Positions 24,238 through 37,036 of a stretch of DNA of 64,000 nt are shown here, in pieces. The stretch is taken from contig JAUCBJ010000174.1 of the NCBI GenBank assembly GCA_032718475.1, forward strand, positions 62,001 to 126,000. The letters are read 5' to 3'. The position numbers and the translations under genes are program-made. Origin of the DNA: Nemertoderma westbladi. Taxonomy: Eukaryota; Animalia; Xenacoelomorpha. Below the pieces are notes generated by a model that saw nothing but the letters and a program-made list of their open reading frames with translations, was not told the DNA's origin and did not search any database. How positions within the stretch are numbered: the stretch's first letter is position 1; each line of letters starts with the position of its first letter.

Positions 24238-24718
24238 CCGAATCTCCGTTAGGGTCTGGTTGGTATCCCCGTGTGTAATATGGATTTATGGGCGTCCCAT
24301 ATGATCTGGTGGAATATTGGTGACTTGTTGGGGATTATTATCGGCTTTGGTGGGATTTGGGCACTGATGTTATTCACCACCCTGGAGTTCATGACCAGGA
24401 TCCCATCCTTGTCCAATTGTGGTGACAGCGCGTTGAGCTCGCTGTCCTGACGGAGGTGTTGCTGTTTGCTGATGCGGTCTACCTCGTCTCCGTATCCCTT
24501 CCTTTGTTCATATCGTATAACAGCTTTAGCCCCTCCTTCTAGATCGATTGTGGGTTTCGTCTTAGCGACTTTACCAGCTCCCCTAAGGAATTCTCCGTAG
24601 GCCCTCTGATATGCTACTAGCTTCTTTGTCTTATACCAACTGGAGCTGTAACTGAGCAGCCTATCCGTTGGGTTATCGCACGACTCTATCGCCTGAGATC
24701 GTGGTGGCGCCTCCTTAA

Positions 24719-26222
24719 CCCTATTAAACCCGGGGGGGGGGTCAATATGACCCCCCCCCCCCCCGTGGTTTTTTTATTATAATTCTGAAACAAACGCAGT
24801 TGGGAATCTGAAATTTTATGACTTTTCCTAAAAATCTATTGTCTTCGTAGTAGTGAAAACCGTTTTCAAAAATATTGGGTAGTTTTCGAGTTATAGCACC
24901 ATTTTTTAACCCTACTTTTGGCACTTTTTTTGAGACGTTTTTTGAAAATTACATTTCATTAAATATGAATTGTAACATCTCTATTATTTTCATTTACACC
25001 GGTTTTTTGGTGTTAGCAATTGGATGGAATTCATATAAATTGATTTAGAAATTTCAAACTTGTTTTTTTCGGAGGGTGCAAAATTTTGGTGCCAGCACCA
25101 AATTTTGAAATATGTCAATTTTGTAAATTGATTGTTTGAAACTTGTTTTTTACGCAATTGGGGTTTTTTGGGGTTCTGGATTCGATGAAATATATACGAG
25201 TTGCACCAAGCGTATCAAACTTGTATTTTTCGTTAACTATATAACATTGGAGGTGTCTCATTGGTTCCTCCAAGCTTGACACTAGCACAAAATCGCCTCC
25301 GCTTTGCGGGACATTGCTTTCGCCGTATGGACCAGCCAGTGCATAATCTTGTACTTTGGCAGCCTCATGGAGTGAATAAGCATGGTGGACAGCCCATGAC
25401 TTTCTTGAGACACTCTCTTAAAGGACACTGGCCTTGAAGATGCGGATGATCTTGCAAATGTCATGGGTGATAGGGAGTTGTAGCGGTGCAATTTTGTCGA
25501 TAAACCGGCACAGCATTCTTAAAAATGCAGCTGCAATGCAGCATGCCGATCCTAGTAGTATCATCTTGTTTCTTGCATTATACGGGTTTATTGTGAGGGT
25601 CCTGAATCCGATGGAATCAGTAAAAACAGCACTGGACATCGCAAACTTGTACTTTTTGGTGATGGGTACGAAATTTGGTCCTAGCACCAAAATTTGCCAA
25701 ATTACGCCGAAAAATATAAGTAGCAATGATCTGGCGTTTTGGAAATGTATTCCATTAGAATCAGCGACCTAGAAAACCTTAAAATGTGAATTTATAGCAT
25801 CGTATAAGTGAATTAAAAATTTTGTGTTCAAACTGAAAAGTGCTGGTTACTTGTTTTTTTCATTTTTTTCCTACGCAGCGAGGACTAAACAGCCATTAAT
25901 AGTAATCACATCATTTTTAAATATTTTCCAATGTATTTTGCACCCCAGAAAACCTGTATTGAAAAATAATTAACCGAAAATGTAACTTTCAAATTTTGTG
26001 ATAATTGTGCACTACTTGTATATTTGGTGCTGCAATATAACCACCCCAGTACATTTTTTCGAAACTTTTTTTTTCGGTCGGATCCAGACAAGTGATACCT
26101 ACGTACAAACAAAAAATCAGACGTTTTCGTAAATATTTGTAGATTTTTGAGGGGGGGTCAATATGACCCCCCCCCCCCCCCCCGGTATTTGTACAACATT
26201 TTATAGCCCGGTACTAATAGGG
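24719..26222. mobile_element. TTAA-targeting piggyBac-type MITE inserted in BEL copy 1
   Basis: TTAA|CCCTATT...AATAGGG|TTAA; subterminal Gn-TCAATATGA-Cn palindromes; removal restores QLVREI-KEAPP; same family as 59870. Confidence 0.9.
25243..25560 (+). mobile_element. RTE LINE 3' fragment nested in the MITE
   Basis: Reverse-complement match to 13613-13920; ends GATCCTAGTAGTA. Confidence 0.88.
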
Positions 26223-28719
26223 TTAATCTCCCTAACTAACTGACTAACTATTTCTTCCCCTTCTGATTCCCCTTCCTCATCCTCCACTATCACTTCTTCT
26301 GTACTTGGATCTGCCTTCCTCATCGGTGGCCACTTCGACCTGTCATTCAGGAAGTGTGGCTCATGCTGCCACAACTCCTGCTTCCTCGAGAAAGCGTGGC
26401 ATACAAAGCCCCTCGATAGCAAATCCGCTGGATTGTCGTCAGTTGGGCAGTAATGCCACTTCTCCAAGTCTGATGTTGCTCTTATCTCATCCACTCTGTT
26501 CGCCACAAATATGGGATGACGCGTCTTCTCGTTATGCAACCATTCCAACACTACCATGGAATCTGTCCAGTAGTGTGTCTCTACTATACTTGGTATCGTG
26601 TCCACCAAGTATGCTGTCGCTCTCACTCCTAGTCTCGCAGCTCTTAGCTCGAGCTTCAGCACTGACGCTGAATCTGGTGGCATCGACCTCGCTTTAGTAA
26701 ACGCAAGCCTGGGATTATGATTCCCCTTCCGCTCTACCAAATAAAGCACCGCACCATATGCTTCCAGGGATGCATCGGAAAATATATGCAGTTCTAACTC
26801 ACTCATGTCCCCATCCGGGAAGTATACACGTGGCATACTATAAATCCCTATTTCTTCGAGGATCCCTGTCCATTTCTCCAACTGTTTGCTTATCTCCACT
26901 GGGACCTCCGCGTCCCAGTCGTCTTTGATCTTGTAGACCTTCTTCAGTATTTGTTTCCCCGTGACCTACAACGGGGATGCTAGACCTAGCGGTTCGTAAA
27001 TCCTCGCTATGTATGACACATAGCCTTGTTTAGTATGGATCCCGGCACCCTTCTGACCTAGTTGATACTCGAACTCATCCGTCTCCCAGTTCCATACAAT
27101 CCCTAGTGCCTTCTGCTGCGATTCTACTCTCTTGTCTGCCATGATTTGCTCCTTTACCATCATAGGTTTATCTATTTTTACCTCCGGTTGTTTATCCTCT
27201 ATGGCTTCCATGAATTCTTTAGAATTAGACTGGAATTTGGTCAAGTTAAATCCTGACTTCTTCAGGATGTCGCGAACTTTGCGCCCTGTGTCGAGGATCT
27301 CCTTAACTGAGTTTCCAGAACCCATTCCATCATCCCATAATACCCGCGTCGAATCATATCGATCACCTTCTCGTTGTACTCCCCCTCTTTGCCCTCCACC
27401 GTGTCTCTTACGGCTGTAGTCGTGGTAAATGAGGATGACTTGGCCCCCATATTCTGCACTACCATCTTGTACATCGGTAACTCTGACGGTTCTTCGTCGC
27501 CGTTGTACCACAGGAAGCGCTGGCTATCGCTATCCTCCTCAGTCACCCGCACTTGGTTAAACATGCCCTCTATATCGCATGTGAAGGCGTGTTTTCCACT
27601 TGTAAACCTTAACAGGACCTCTATCCCCGAGTTGTAGATATTGGGGCCTTCCAATAGGTAGTCATTTAGACTCTTGCTATTTGTCTTGGCAGAAGCGTCG
27701 ACCACCATCCTTAACTTGCCCTTCTTAGGGTCTACGGCCACATGAAGTGGCCCTTATTTTTCATCAAAATCTCGTTGCTGTACATCCTCCGGAACTGTAG
27801 ATATTCTTCTGGCTTGCTACCATCAAACTTAAAAGGCTCAACTGGTGGCAGCTCAATTCTAGTTTTCAGCGTGTCGATGAGCGTTGCCATTCCCATCGCT
27901 TAAACTGGATGGATGCAGGCTCCCTCAATGTTTGCTGTGCTTCGCCTCTGGGGTTCGTTGACTTTCCCTGAGTGAGATATATCATCGGGGGTAGCAGTCC
28001 CCTCCATATCTCTGTCTCACACAATCTATTTGGATCTGAGGGGGTCGGGGTTTTTAATTTTGGTTGGCTGTATTGCGGAAACAGTAACGGGGGAATGTCA
28101 CCCTGTCCCTGTACTGGGGTAGATGTCATTATATTGGGGCCCATACACCTATTGCAATACCCCCCCCCCCATCCCCCCTCCCCTGGGTATGTGTTGTATC
28201 CCTGCATATTATAGTCATACTGGTGTGCAGGTACCGGTATAGGCCTAGCAGGTGCCTACTCACCGGTATGTAAGCCAAGACCTCCGGATCCAGTCCCGGC
28301 ATTCGCGCTACACTATCACCTACATTATCTCTCCCAGCATGGCCTATAGTATGTGCAGTAAGACCTACGGTATGCCCTGCTGTTCACGGTATTTCAACTT
28401 TTCTTAACGCGAGTTGAATATTTTTTGGATTTATTTTAAATGAATATTCCGATATCACTACTGGGTGCGGGAACATGGGATTTGGGCACATTCAATGGAC
28501 TTGGGGCGATTTATGGGCGAATATTGGGGCGACTTACGGGGTACAGGACTCATTTCATGTATTTAAGGGCCAGGGGTGGGAGGCAAAGTTAAGCAGTATT
28601 CAGGTTTACCTGATTACTATTAGGCCTAGCCAACTTCCTGCTGCCTGTAGAGGTGGATTTGGTAACTCGCTAGGTCTAAAGGACAAGGACTGCCCTTAGC
28701 GGTCCCTGGCCAACAGCAG

Positions 28720-29500
28720 TTATTACGAGCCTGAATAAGGACTCCGAAAGTCTGCTGCTTGTGTCAGGGATTTGCGACGGGAACCGACGACAGACCCCTA
28801 GCCAAGCCGTACTGCTTTCCTGATGACCGATCCCTTCGGGGTTCGGGAAGGGTGGGACGGACACGCAAACGGGTCGACCGACTAACGGAGGAAGGGTTCG
28901 ATGAGGACTGCCTTCCTGGAGTGGGTTCCACGACCGGCGTTAGTACGAGCCTGAATAAGGACTCAGAAAACCACCAACCGTTGGGGCTCATGACAGGCTG
29001 ACAGACCCCTTGCCAAGCCGTACCGCTTTCCTGATGACCAATCCCTTCAGTGTTCGGGAACGGTGTGACGGACACGCAACGGGGTCGAAAGACAAAGGAC
29101 TGGACTCTACTGGCCTACCTACTGTTCAGAGCAGCTTCTCGGCTGCCGAAGCGACTACGAGCCTGAATAAGGACTCGGAAAGCCTAGGTGGTTGGGTCCC
29201 TGCGATGAACTGACGGACCCCTAGCCAAGCCGTACCACTTTCCTGATGACCGATCCCTTCGGGGTTCGGGAAGGGTGGGACGGACACGCAAACGGGTCCA
29301 CCGACACAACAGACCCCTAGCCAAGCCATACCGCTTTCCTGATGACCGATCCCTTCGGGGTTCGGGAAGGGTGGGACAGACACGCAACCGGGTCTACCGA
29401 CTGGACCAACCCTTAGCCAAGCCGTACCGCTTTCCTGATGACCGATCCCTTCGGGGTTCGGGAAGGGTGGGACGGACACGCAACAGGGTCGACCGACACC
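28720..29500. repeat. Higher-order tandem repeat in the BEL gag N-terminal region
   Basis: Five ~90-bp units (GCCAAGCCGTACCGCTTTCCTGATGACCGATCCCTTCGGGGTTCGGGAAGGGTGGGACGG) and three ACGAGCCTGAATAAGGACTC blocks about 215 bp apart. Confidence 0.9.
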
Positions 29501-32073
29501 GACACTACGGTACCGAGACTAGGACCGAGGGAAAATTGGGGAACATTAGTTAGGTTAAAATCTGAGCGAACAGTGGGTAATCAAATAATGTACTGTAGGG
29601 ATTTATATTGTCGTGTTATATTATTGTGAATATTTGGTGTATATTGGTTTGGGGAAGCCCAACTTATTCTCAATCAAGATTCAACCATAGGGAAGTTACA
29701 TTAAAGAGTATATCCAACCAATGAAACTTTTCTCAACCGCAATCTTGCATTTAAGAACGTATTCCTTCTCCACTACCAATATCCGGTGACTGGCCGGAAT
29801 TCCGTGGTCTGAAAAGTTCCGCCTCCAGCATCGGCGTTTTCCCCCATGGTGTTGGGAATAACGGCAACACCTGCAGTCTGCCTGTGTTCCTCCGGATCAA
29901 AGTTTAATCTTCTCGAATATTCCGAGAACTCCTCCCAGTGACTACCATATTGTCAATCGGCAGTTGCAATTGTGCGGATCCGCCCATCCCAATAATTTAA
30001 TCCCCTGTGCATCCACTAGATAAGGCCCTACGTACACTATGCTAGGTGGCATTACCTTGGATCGCCACAATTCCAACAGTTCTGTAGCGACCCCCCTCGC
30101 CCTCTCACTTGCTAGTTCCCCCTGCCCAAATTGGACTAGGTTGTGGAAATGTTTGTTGCACTCACCTAGCCTCCGGTACAACTTGGGCTGGTCTACCTTT
30201 CCTCCAGTTTTTGCGTCCTTTAGCAACTTCCTCGTGGTGTTGTACCCTTGTCGTAGACGATCGCTCGTCCTGACGTCATCCTCCTGGACTTGACCTTCTC
30301 TCCTCGTCCAGCGCCATACAGTCAGCCCCACTGTTGCCGTTCCGGTGGGCCGCTCGCCGCCCTCAGCCACTGGTTGGCCGGCAACACCGGTACTTCATTC
30401 ACCGCTGTGATCTCTCGCCGACTCGTGTCCCTCTTCCCTTCGTACTCTGCCGCTGTCCTCTTCTCTAACCACCGAATTCTCTCTCCTCTGCGAATCCGGT
30501 GTAGCGGGCCAGTACCGCCTCGTCTCCGCTTCCCGAATCATTTGGTCTCTGTCGCTTGGGGTTTGCGGCAGACTCGCGTGGTGCGTCGTCACAGTTTATT
30601 TTCTTTTTAATGGGTGTTGACCTGGTTTTTAACTGTGAAGGGATTCACGAATTGGCGAGGGAATCCCAACCGGATGTGTTTGCTTTCGGGCTATACACGT
30701 CGCCGCGTCCATAGGCTGCTGAAAGGCTGGCAATGTCTGAGTTCTAAGGCTGAAGGCCATTTGAATAACTGAGTTTTAGTAGCAGTTGTTCGTAATGTCA
30801 GAATATAATAATAGCACAATCAGAATGTAATAAATACCATGGTAAATGACGACGGTTAAAAACCATTCCAGTCTCACAACTCTACACATACCAACTGATA
30901 TATACAATTAATATGGTAAAGGTTATATTGGAGGTACACACAATAAACTTCTACCTATATTGGCCTAGCCGGCGGATGCACACCAATCAAGTGGCTTTCT
31001 GCCCCATGATTGGCTACTTTCCTATTTCCTAGTGCCAATCCCCTTTCTCTCCTGTTCACGGTATGTGATATTATTGCTAATATCACATACCCGAGGATAA
31101 TTGGTAAAATGCCACTTTCCCCATTTTCCGCTGGGTGGTGCAGGGAATTGAATCCGCTTACATATATACCCCCTATCCCTACGAAATTTCTATAAAACTC
31201 AATAGTGTGTATCAACACTACAAGACGATTGGTGAACTTGTACGTAATTTTAAGGAATAGTTTTGATGCACGCGTCAACTTCGAATTGAAATCTTATATT
31301 TATTATTAGATTACTATTCAATATTTACGTGTATAGTATTTTATGTTTAATCTGTATCATACACCACCACTAATATTGTTTACACAATGTCCAGCACCGA
31401 CTGGCGTCGTACTAGACTCTCATTGGCTGTTACTCTTTGTGCTATTCTTACACTATTCTTACACCTAATTTGCTGTACTCCTTGAACACACTCCGTGTTT
31501 CGTGTATTAGCAGGCCTAACCATACCATCTGAGGCTTGTAAGGTTTTAGGTTTGTATTAGTTAATACGGATCTATAAGTTCTTACCTTGTTGCATACACA
31601 TTATCTTGTTTATACATTGTACTTGTTATATCGTTATATTATAGTTACTATTATTGCATGTATTGTTCAAAGAATATACGAGACTCAGGATCATACTACT
31701 TTGCTTTCCATCTGGTAAGTGCTAACTGTAACCTGTCTGCAATAGATTCGGTTAAACCATTGCGAGTGTATGTTGTCCGCAATACTGCAATATTATTCCC
31801 CAACTTGCAACTGTAATATATTTTCATACAACGAGTAAGTTGTGCGCTTACCACGCACTAGATCCTATATAACGTCCTACCCGTAATCCACATTAATTTG
31901 TACATACAGTTGTTCACAGACAGCACAACATAATGGAACAGTTTACACGTACATAATACATTATCCCCTTGAAGTAGTTTCTAATGCCGCAACTCATATA
32001 CCTTAAGTAATTGATTATACATTTTGACTAGATATACATATTAAATAATATATGTATAAACACACACGTGAGC

Positions 32074-33304
32074 TGTACGCGCTTTTGAAGACCTTTAGCA
32101 GTTTAACCTGCCAAAATTTATATGTCTTTTGGTTTATAAATAGACTTTAGTAAATGACAAGTATTTAATACCAATAAACACAACATTAGCCGAAGCCAGC
32201 CTAGTGCGCGTCCATTCACCCGCTGGATATACCCGGGAGACTGGATTCGGAGGGCTTAGATTTTATTATTGCAGTGTAAGCTTACTGTATTATTCGATTG
32301 ATCGTTAATAAGTAATTTCTGACGAGTATTATTCACTTTCGGGAAATATTAACAGTTCCTTTAGGACGTGGCGCTCTATCTAGGTAAACAGAGATATGAC
32401 TTATACTAAACACAACTGTAAGACTGTAAGGCTTATGATTCACGTATGAGGCGCATTCTTTAGGAAATGCTTAGTTATCAGCCACAATCATGCACACTAC
32501 CGGTAACACACAATACGACACAATAATCTGCCGACCGTCAATGAATTTTATCATATATAAAGAGAACAGCAATTGACTCATGTAGTGCCTATCAAATAGC
32601 ATTAAACTCACTACAAACCACGATAATATAAGTCGCAATCGCTATATGTAACCTGTCTCTCTAACCTGTAGTGTATCAAGAAAATTGGGAAATTTGGGTT
32701 CTTTATAGATGTTCTCCAAATAATATTCAACCAACTGATACAATAATAACAACAGTAAAAGCATTAAGACGGTAGGTTAAGATATGATATGATTGTTTGG
32801 TTAGTTGATAATTATGGCGAGATAACAGTTATACGTTCTATAATCTAAGCCTACTAATGTTTCTTCTAAAGTCTGAAAACAATTGACTCTAGAGCCGGTG
32901 TTCTTGGCCTAGATAGAAACAACACAACAGTAACAAAAACACTCTCTGACTCTAACACCGTTGCAGGTATCTTTTTACACAGAGAGGAATAGCTCTCATT
33001 GGCAGAACACCAGATTCCACAGGTTCCACGAATATCTAAATGCCGAACTATCAGGATTTTTGCAGCCCTTGGCCAACACACAAAATGAGTCACTCCGCTC
33101 GGTTGCCCTGGTTGCATACTCTGCTGCTATAGCTCTGGTTGGCCGATAGAACATAGCAAAGAGCCCCTCGTATAACAAATCAGCCAATCAGCCGGTCGCT
33201 TTGCATCATTCGAGTTAGAGAGCTTTTTAGAGTATTCCAGCGCCTGGGGGGGGAACTGGATTGCAAAGCAAAAGGGCCAGTTACATCCCACAAAAGCTTT
33301 TACA
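32074..33304 (-). repeat. 3' LTR (1231 bp)
   Basis: Direct repeat of 42022-43251; TG/CA ends. Confidence 0.95.
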
Positions 33305-33382
33305 CCGCTCCCAGAAAATGGGATTTGAGTCTATAAATATACAAAAATCACAGTTTCTAATATACGTAAATACTCTAAACAG

Positions 33383-34300
33383 TTAGTCTTTCTTGCGCGA
33401 ACGGCGTTTACGCAGTGTTTTAAAGCTGGCCAGAGTCTTTTTCTCTTTGGGGCGAGCCACTTTACAAGGAGGGCTATAACTCCTGGGTGAAGGGTGCAAT
33501 ATGATTGCATCAGAGGGTGCAGGATTAGGGTCGGTGTATCCGCCGGTCGAAGTGCCGGGTTGGTTGACATCAATGTCGGGGGAGAGGGGTCTAACAGCCT
33601 TTAGAGCGCGTTTTAGGACGGCCGCTCTTACGGGTCCTTTACGAGTGGTCTGAACGAGAGCCGTGGTTGGACCATAGGCAGTCAGAAACTTCCTGGGTTT
33701 AATGGTTCTTTCCAACTCGCGTTCGCGGGCTCGGTATTTGTAAGGCCGTCGATATACTTCCTGTAACTCGGGGTGTGAGTTAACAAATAAGTCTCCATAG
33801 CTCGGATCCTGACGGATAAAATTGATTAAGTTATAGGAGTGAATGTCGCTAGGATTAATACTCCTGAGAAATTTGCGTACGAACTTGGTTGAAATACATT
33901 CTCCGACGCGCTTCAGTAGTTCGTAACTCGATATGCGTGATTTCTGTTCGACAGAAGCGAATAGATAAGGATGGAATGCATAAACTCCTTCGTAAGCGAG
34001 TCCAGGATAATAGCGATGGCGCGAATCACAATGTAAATCAGCGTTCGCTTCCCAAGCTCTGATGTAACGTAGTGTAATCATTTCATCTACGCTTTCCAAA
34101 TCGTGATTAAAAGGGCAATCGAAACTGGCGTGTCCCTTTAGTTGACAATGGTGACATTGAGTCATAAATTGAGGGCAAACCGCAAAAATGTGCAAGTTAT
34201 TGAGTCTGCAATATGCACAATAAATTTCCATCGCCGGTTTTTCGTGGAAATAGGAACAGCGAATATAGTTCGGGAGGATCAGTGATACTGCCAGGACCAA
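33383..34300 (-). CDS. Accessory ORF: two Cys/His knuckles and a basic tail (first ATG probably MEIYC, ~34231)
   Basis: 305 open codons; CAYCRLNNLHIFAVC and CHHCQLKGHASFDC (CX2CX4HX4C); C-terminal KTLRKRRSRKKD. Confidence 0.65.
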   Translation of the reverse strand: MVLAVSLILPNYIRCSYFHEKPAMEIYCAYCRLNNLHIFAVCPQFMTQCHHCQLKGHASFDCPFNHDLESVDEMITLRYIRAWEANADLHCDSRHRYYPGLAYEGVYAFHPYLFASVEQKSRISSYELLKRVGECISTKFVRKFLRSINPSDIHSYNLINFIRQDPSYGDLFVNSHPELQEVYRRPYKYRARERELERTIKPRKFLTAYGPTTALVQTTRKGPVRAAVLKRALKAVRPLSPDIDVNQPGTSTGGYTDPNPAPSDAIILHPSPRSYSPPCKVARPKEKKTLASFKTLRKRRSRKKD

Positions 34301-34369
34301 GAGTCCGAGGTCTCACTGGGGAATGAGGAGGCCTGACCGAGTATTCCGGAACTCTGATCATGGGTTTAT

Positions 34370-34685
34370 TTAGTGATCGTTTAAGACGAGCGATCGTAGG
34401 TGATACGTCGAACAGGTTTCACTCGAAACTCCCGTAAGTATAACGCGTAAAACTGTGTTTAGCGCAACGTCTCCGCGGATGTTTATGTCTTTCAGTTTGT
34501 TGGTTGGGTCTAGGGCACTCGTCACAACAATACCAAAGACGTACGTCCTGTAGAGGAAACGCGGGTGATCGTTCTCCAGCTCCGCAATATTCTTCCATTT
34601 GTTCAAAACTATCCGGGATAACAGGTAGTGGACGAGCGGCGGTAAGATACATCATAGTGAAGTAGAGCCGTTTGAGTTCTACCAT
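34370..34685 (-). CDS. Small overlapping accessory ORFs (88 and 78 aa), unknown function
   Basis: Co-oriented with neighbouring ORFs; AATAAA overlaps the stop at 34370. Confidence 0.3.
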
Positions 34686-34819
34686 AGGGTCATGATGTAT
34701 ACCTTGAGGATATCGAGTCTCTAGGTTCTGCGGACTGGCGATGTTGAGTTAAGTTTCTCTCAAAATTCTAGGTAGTCGTTGAAGTCGATGCGTTTATCCG
34801 GTTCTTCAACGTTTTCTCT

Positions 34820-35191
34820 TTACAGTCTGTTACGAATAGAATTTTCGTGTTCTATTCTCGGTTTATCGTTACGACTCCGCTGGGTATGATATTTAAATAG
34901 AACCATTTCCCTTTCGGTGTCTACATCGTCCGTATCATGTAAATCGATAGGATGGCCAGTAGTTAAGAAGTCCATATACGTACCATTACGATGCGTATAG
35001 CGAGCGGTGAATTTTCGATAGTCCAATTCACGCGTAAGTTGCTCTTGGGACATCGGCAGTTCGATATAACGACCATCGTCCTCCGTAATGGTTGGATCGG
35101 CTTCACCGCGTATCAAGCTATCCACAAATGCTTGTAAAGGTAAAGTATATCGCTCCCTGATACCAAGATCATCTTCTATCAACTCCGTCAT
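34820..35191 (-). CDS. Accessory ORF, 123 aa, unknown function
   Basis: ATG-to-stop ORF with globular composition; first of the 3' cluster. Confidence 0.5.
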   Translation of the reverse strand: MTELIEDDLGIRERYTLPLQAFVDSLIRGEADPTITEDDGRYIELPMSQEQLTRELDYRKFTARYTHRNGTYMDFLTTGHPIDLHDTDDVDTEREMVLFKYHTQRSRNDKPRIEHENSIRNRL

Positions 35192-36007
35192 ATCTGCTAT
35201 CTGAGTTTATTAATATTGTAATGAGTTTATGTTTAGGCGAGCGGGCGTCGCTGCCTACCTCTCTTTGCCCCCGGACAGTGGGATTCTCAGCGCCGATGTA
35301 CCGTCGTCGCGGTGTTTACGCCAACATGTAGCAACAGCACGACAACGATAACCGGCACAAGTCCCTCCACTGTCCGTCCCAAAGGCTTGATTCACTTTAG
35401 GTTCTTTCTATAATAGAGTTAGGGCTACTTTCACAATTGCGACTAGCTACTGTAAACACACCTTAGCAGTAACATTCACCTACAAACGCACAAATTCCAC
35501 ACAACTGTCACCAATTGTACACATACGGGCCATTTGTCCGTTAGTCAGTGCCTTCCAGAATGTCACGTTATTATTGTGTATCCTTGGATACTAACAGTGT
35601 GCTATGTATTCTCTATGCTATGCAATGGGACAAGCTTTCTATTGTTCTTTTAACTTGCTTCTAATTCTAGCGTGGGTGTTGCTATGGTGACATTATGGAA
35701 TGCTAGCGGTAGAATTAGGGTAATTCTCATGCATACAGATCTGGAATGCTATTTAATAGTAATTCTTTAATTGTCAATATCCTCTTTATGCATGATTTTA
35801 TTAATTTTATCGGCTATTGACTATATATTGGAGATTCTCGCACTCTAATACACTCAATAGGATGAATCTCCGCTCCCATGATCTATTAATTAATGGAATT
35901 TTGGGAAGGTTATAAATTGCACAAAATGACAATTTATGAAATTCATTTAAAATATGAATTTAAATTTATTCCCGTGAATTTTATTATTTGATGTTAAAAT
36001 TGACACA

Positions 36008-36288
36008 ATTTTTATTCCAGAGCATGTCTGGGGACTGAGGATCCTTAATTCTATAAAATTGTCCTTTAAGAGTATCGGTAAGTGCTACGATATCTTAATC
36101 GACTAGAATTGTTAAAGGATCTGAATTTTACAGATTTTGATTTATAGATTTATAAATATTAAATAATTAATATTTGAGATGGGCACCAATTTATTCCAGA
36201 ACTTGTCTGGGGACGTTAACCACTGATTCTAGAATTTGTCTTTCAAGTATATCGGTGGGTGCCGCGATATCTTAATCGACTAGAATTA
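36008..36288. repeat. Two diverged direct repeats about 180 bp apart
   Basis: TTTATTCCAGA..TGTCTGGGGAC...TATCGGT...CGATATCTTAATCGACTAGAATT occurs twice. Confidence 0.7.
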
Positions 36289-37036
36289 CAGATGGTCAAA
36301 AGGTTTAACAGATTTATTTGCGTTTTTACACTACTGTTAGAGGGACATCACGCTACCATATGTATTATTTAATATAAGGTAGAAGAGCAATATCGCACGA
36401 AGCAATGTCAGTGTGAAGAGGCAAGTCGTTTCCAAGGTCTACCCAGAGCTTGGTTTAGCCGAGACACGAGGATCTGAACTTTGCATTCCTAATACTCTGC
36501 CTACCAATAATACTTGAATATAGTAGTGGCTTTATTGTACTTTAATAAGTACGGACATTCCATCTTACTGTAGTCACGTATTTATAATATGATACGGACA
36601 GTAAGGAAAGAGAAAAAATAATTATTTCTCGCCGTCGCACTAAATATATATTATAAGTAATTACGTACGTAATAAACACTAATATATTGCACTAATCTAC
36701 TAAATAATCACTAAAATAACATTCTACTAAATAAAATTAAAGAAAACGATTATAATAAAATTACATAATAATACATACATAAATATAAAATTAAAACAAA
36801 TATAAAATGATATAGTCACACGCCCACTCCATATGTTATTACGTTATGGAGTCCCTAGATATTTGTCGGATTAGGGAAGTGGTCGTAGGAAGAGTATCTT
36901 GCCTTCCATAGTTTCCGGACAGTTTTCGGTCTCTTTCCCGTAAACATAAACGACTAGCTGGGCGATTGAGTTTTTGTGTTACTTTCTCCGCTCCCTTGGC
37001 CTGTCTAATCTCCGCCGTGGTAAGATGAGGAGGCCG

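Larger units (their letters stand above)
23139..30761 (-). mobile_element. BEL/Pao LTR retrotransposon internal region, copy 1 (decayed)
   Basis: Gag fragments; RT (KLRMVVDAS, CDIEGMFNQV); RNase H (LHIFSDASLEAYG, WTDSMVVL, DNPADLLSRG); integrase; PBS-like TGGCCTTCAGCC at 30748-30759 resembling the tRNA-Tyr PBS; ~2-kb deletion near 27750 removes the protease. Confidence 0.92.

Noticed and set aside
28790-29500. CRISPR array or canonical hammerhead array
   Set aside because: Repeats are ~90 bp with related intervening DNA; GAAA and stem III are absent. Kept only as a low-ranked structural finding.
32866-33187. Small ORFs repeated at 42812-43133
   Set aside because: They lie inside the LTRs, have non-ATG starts and no motifs.
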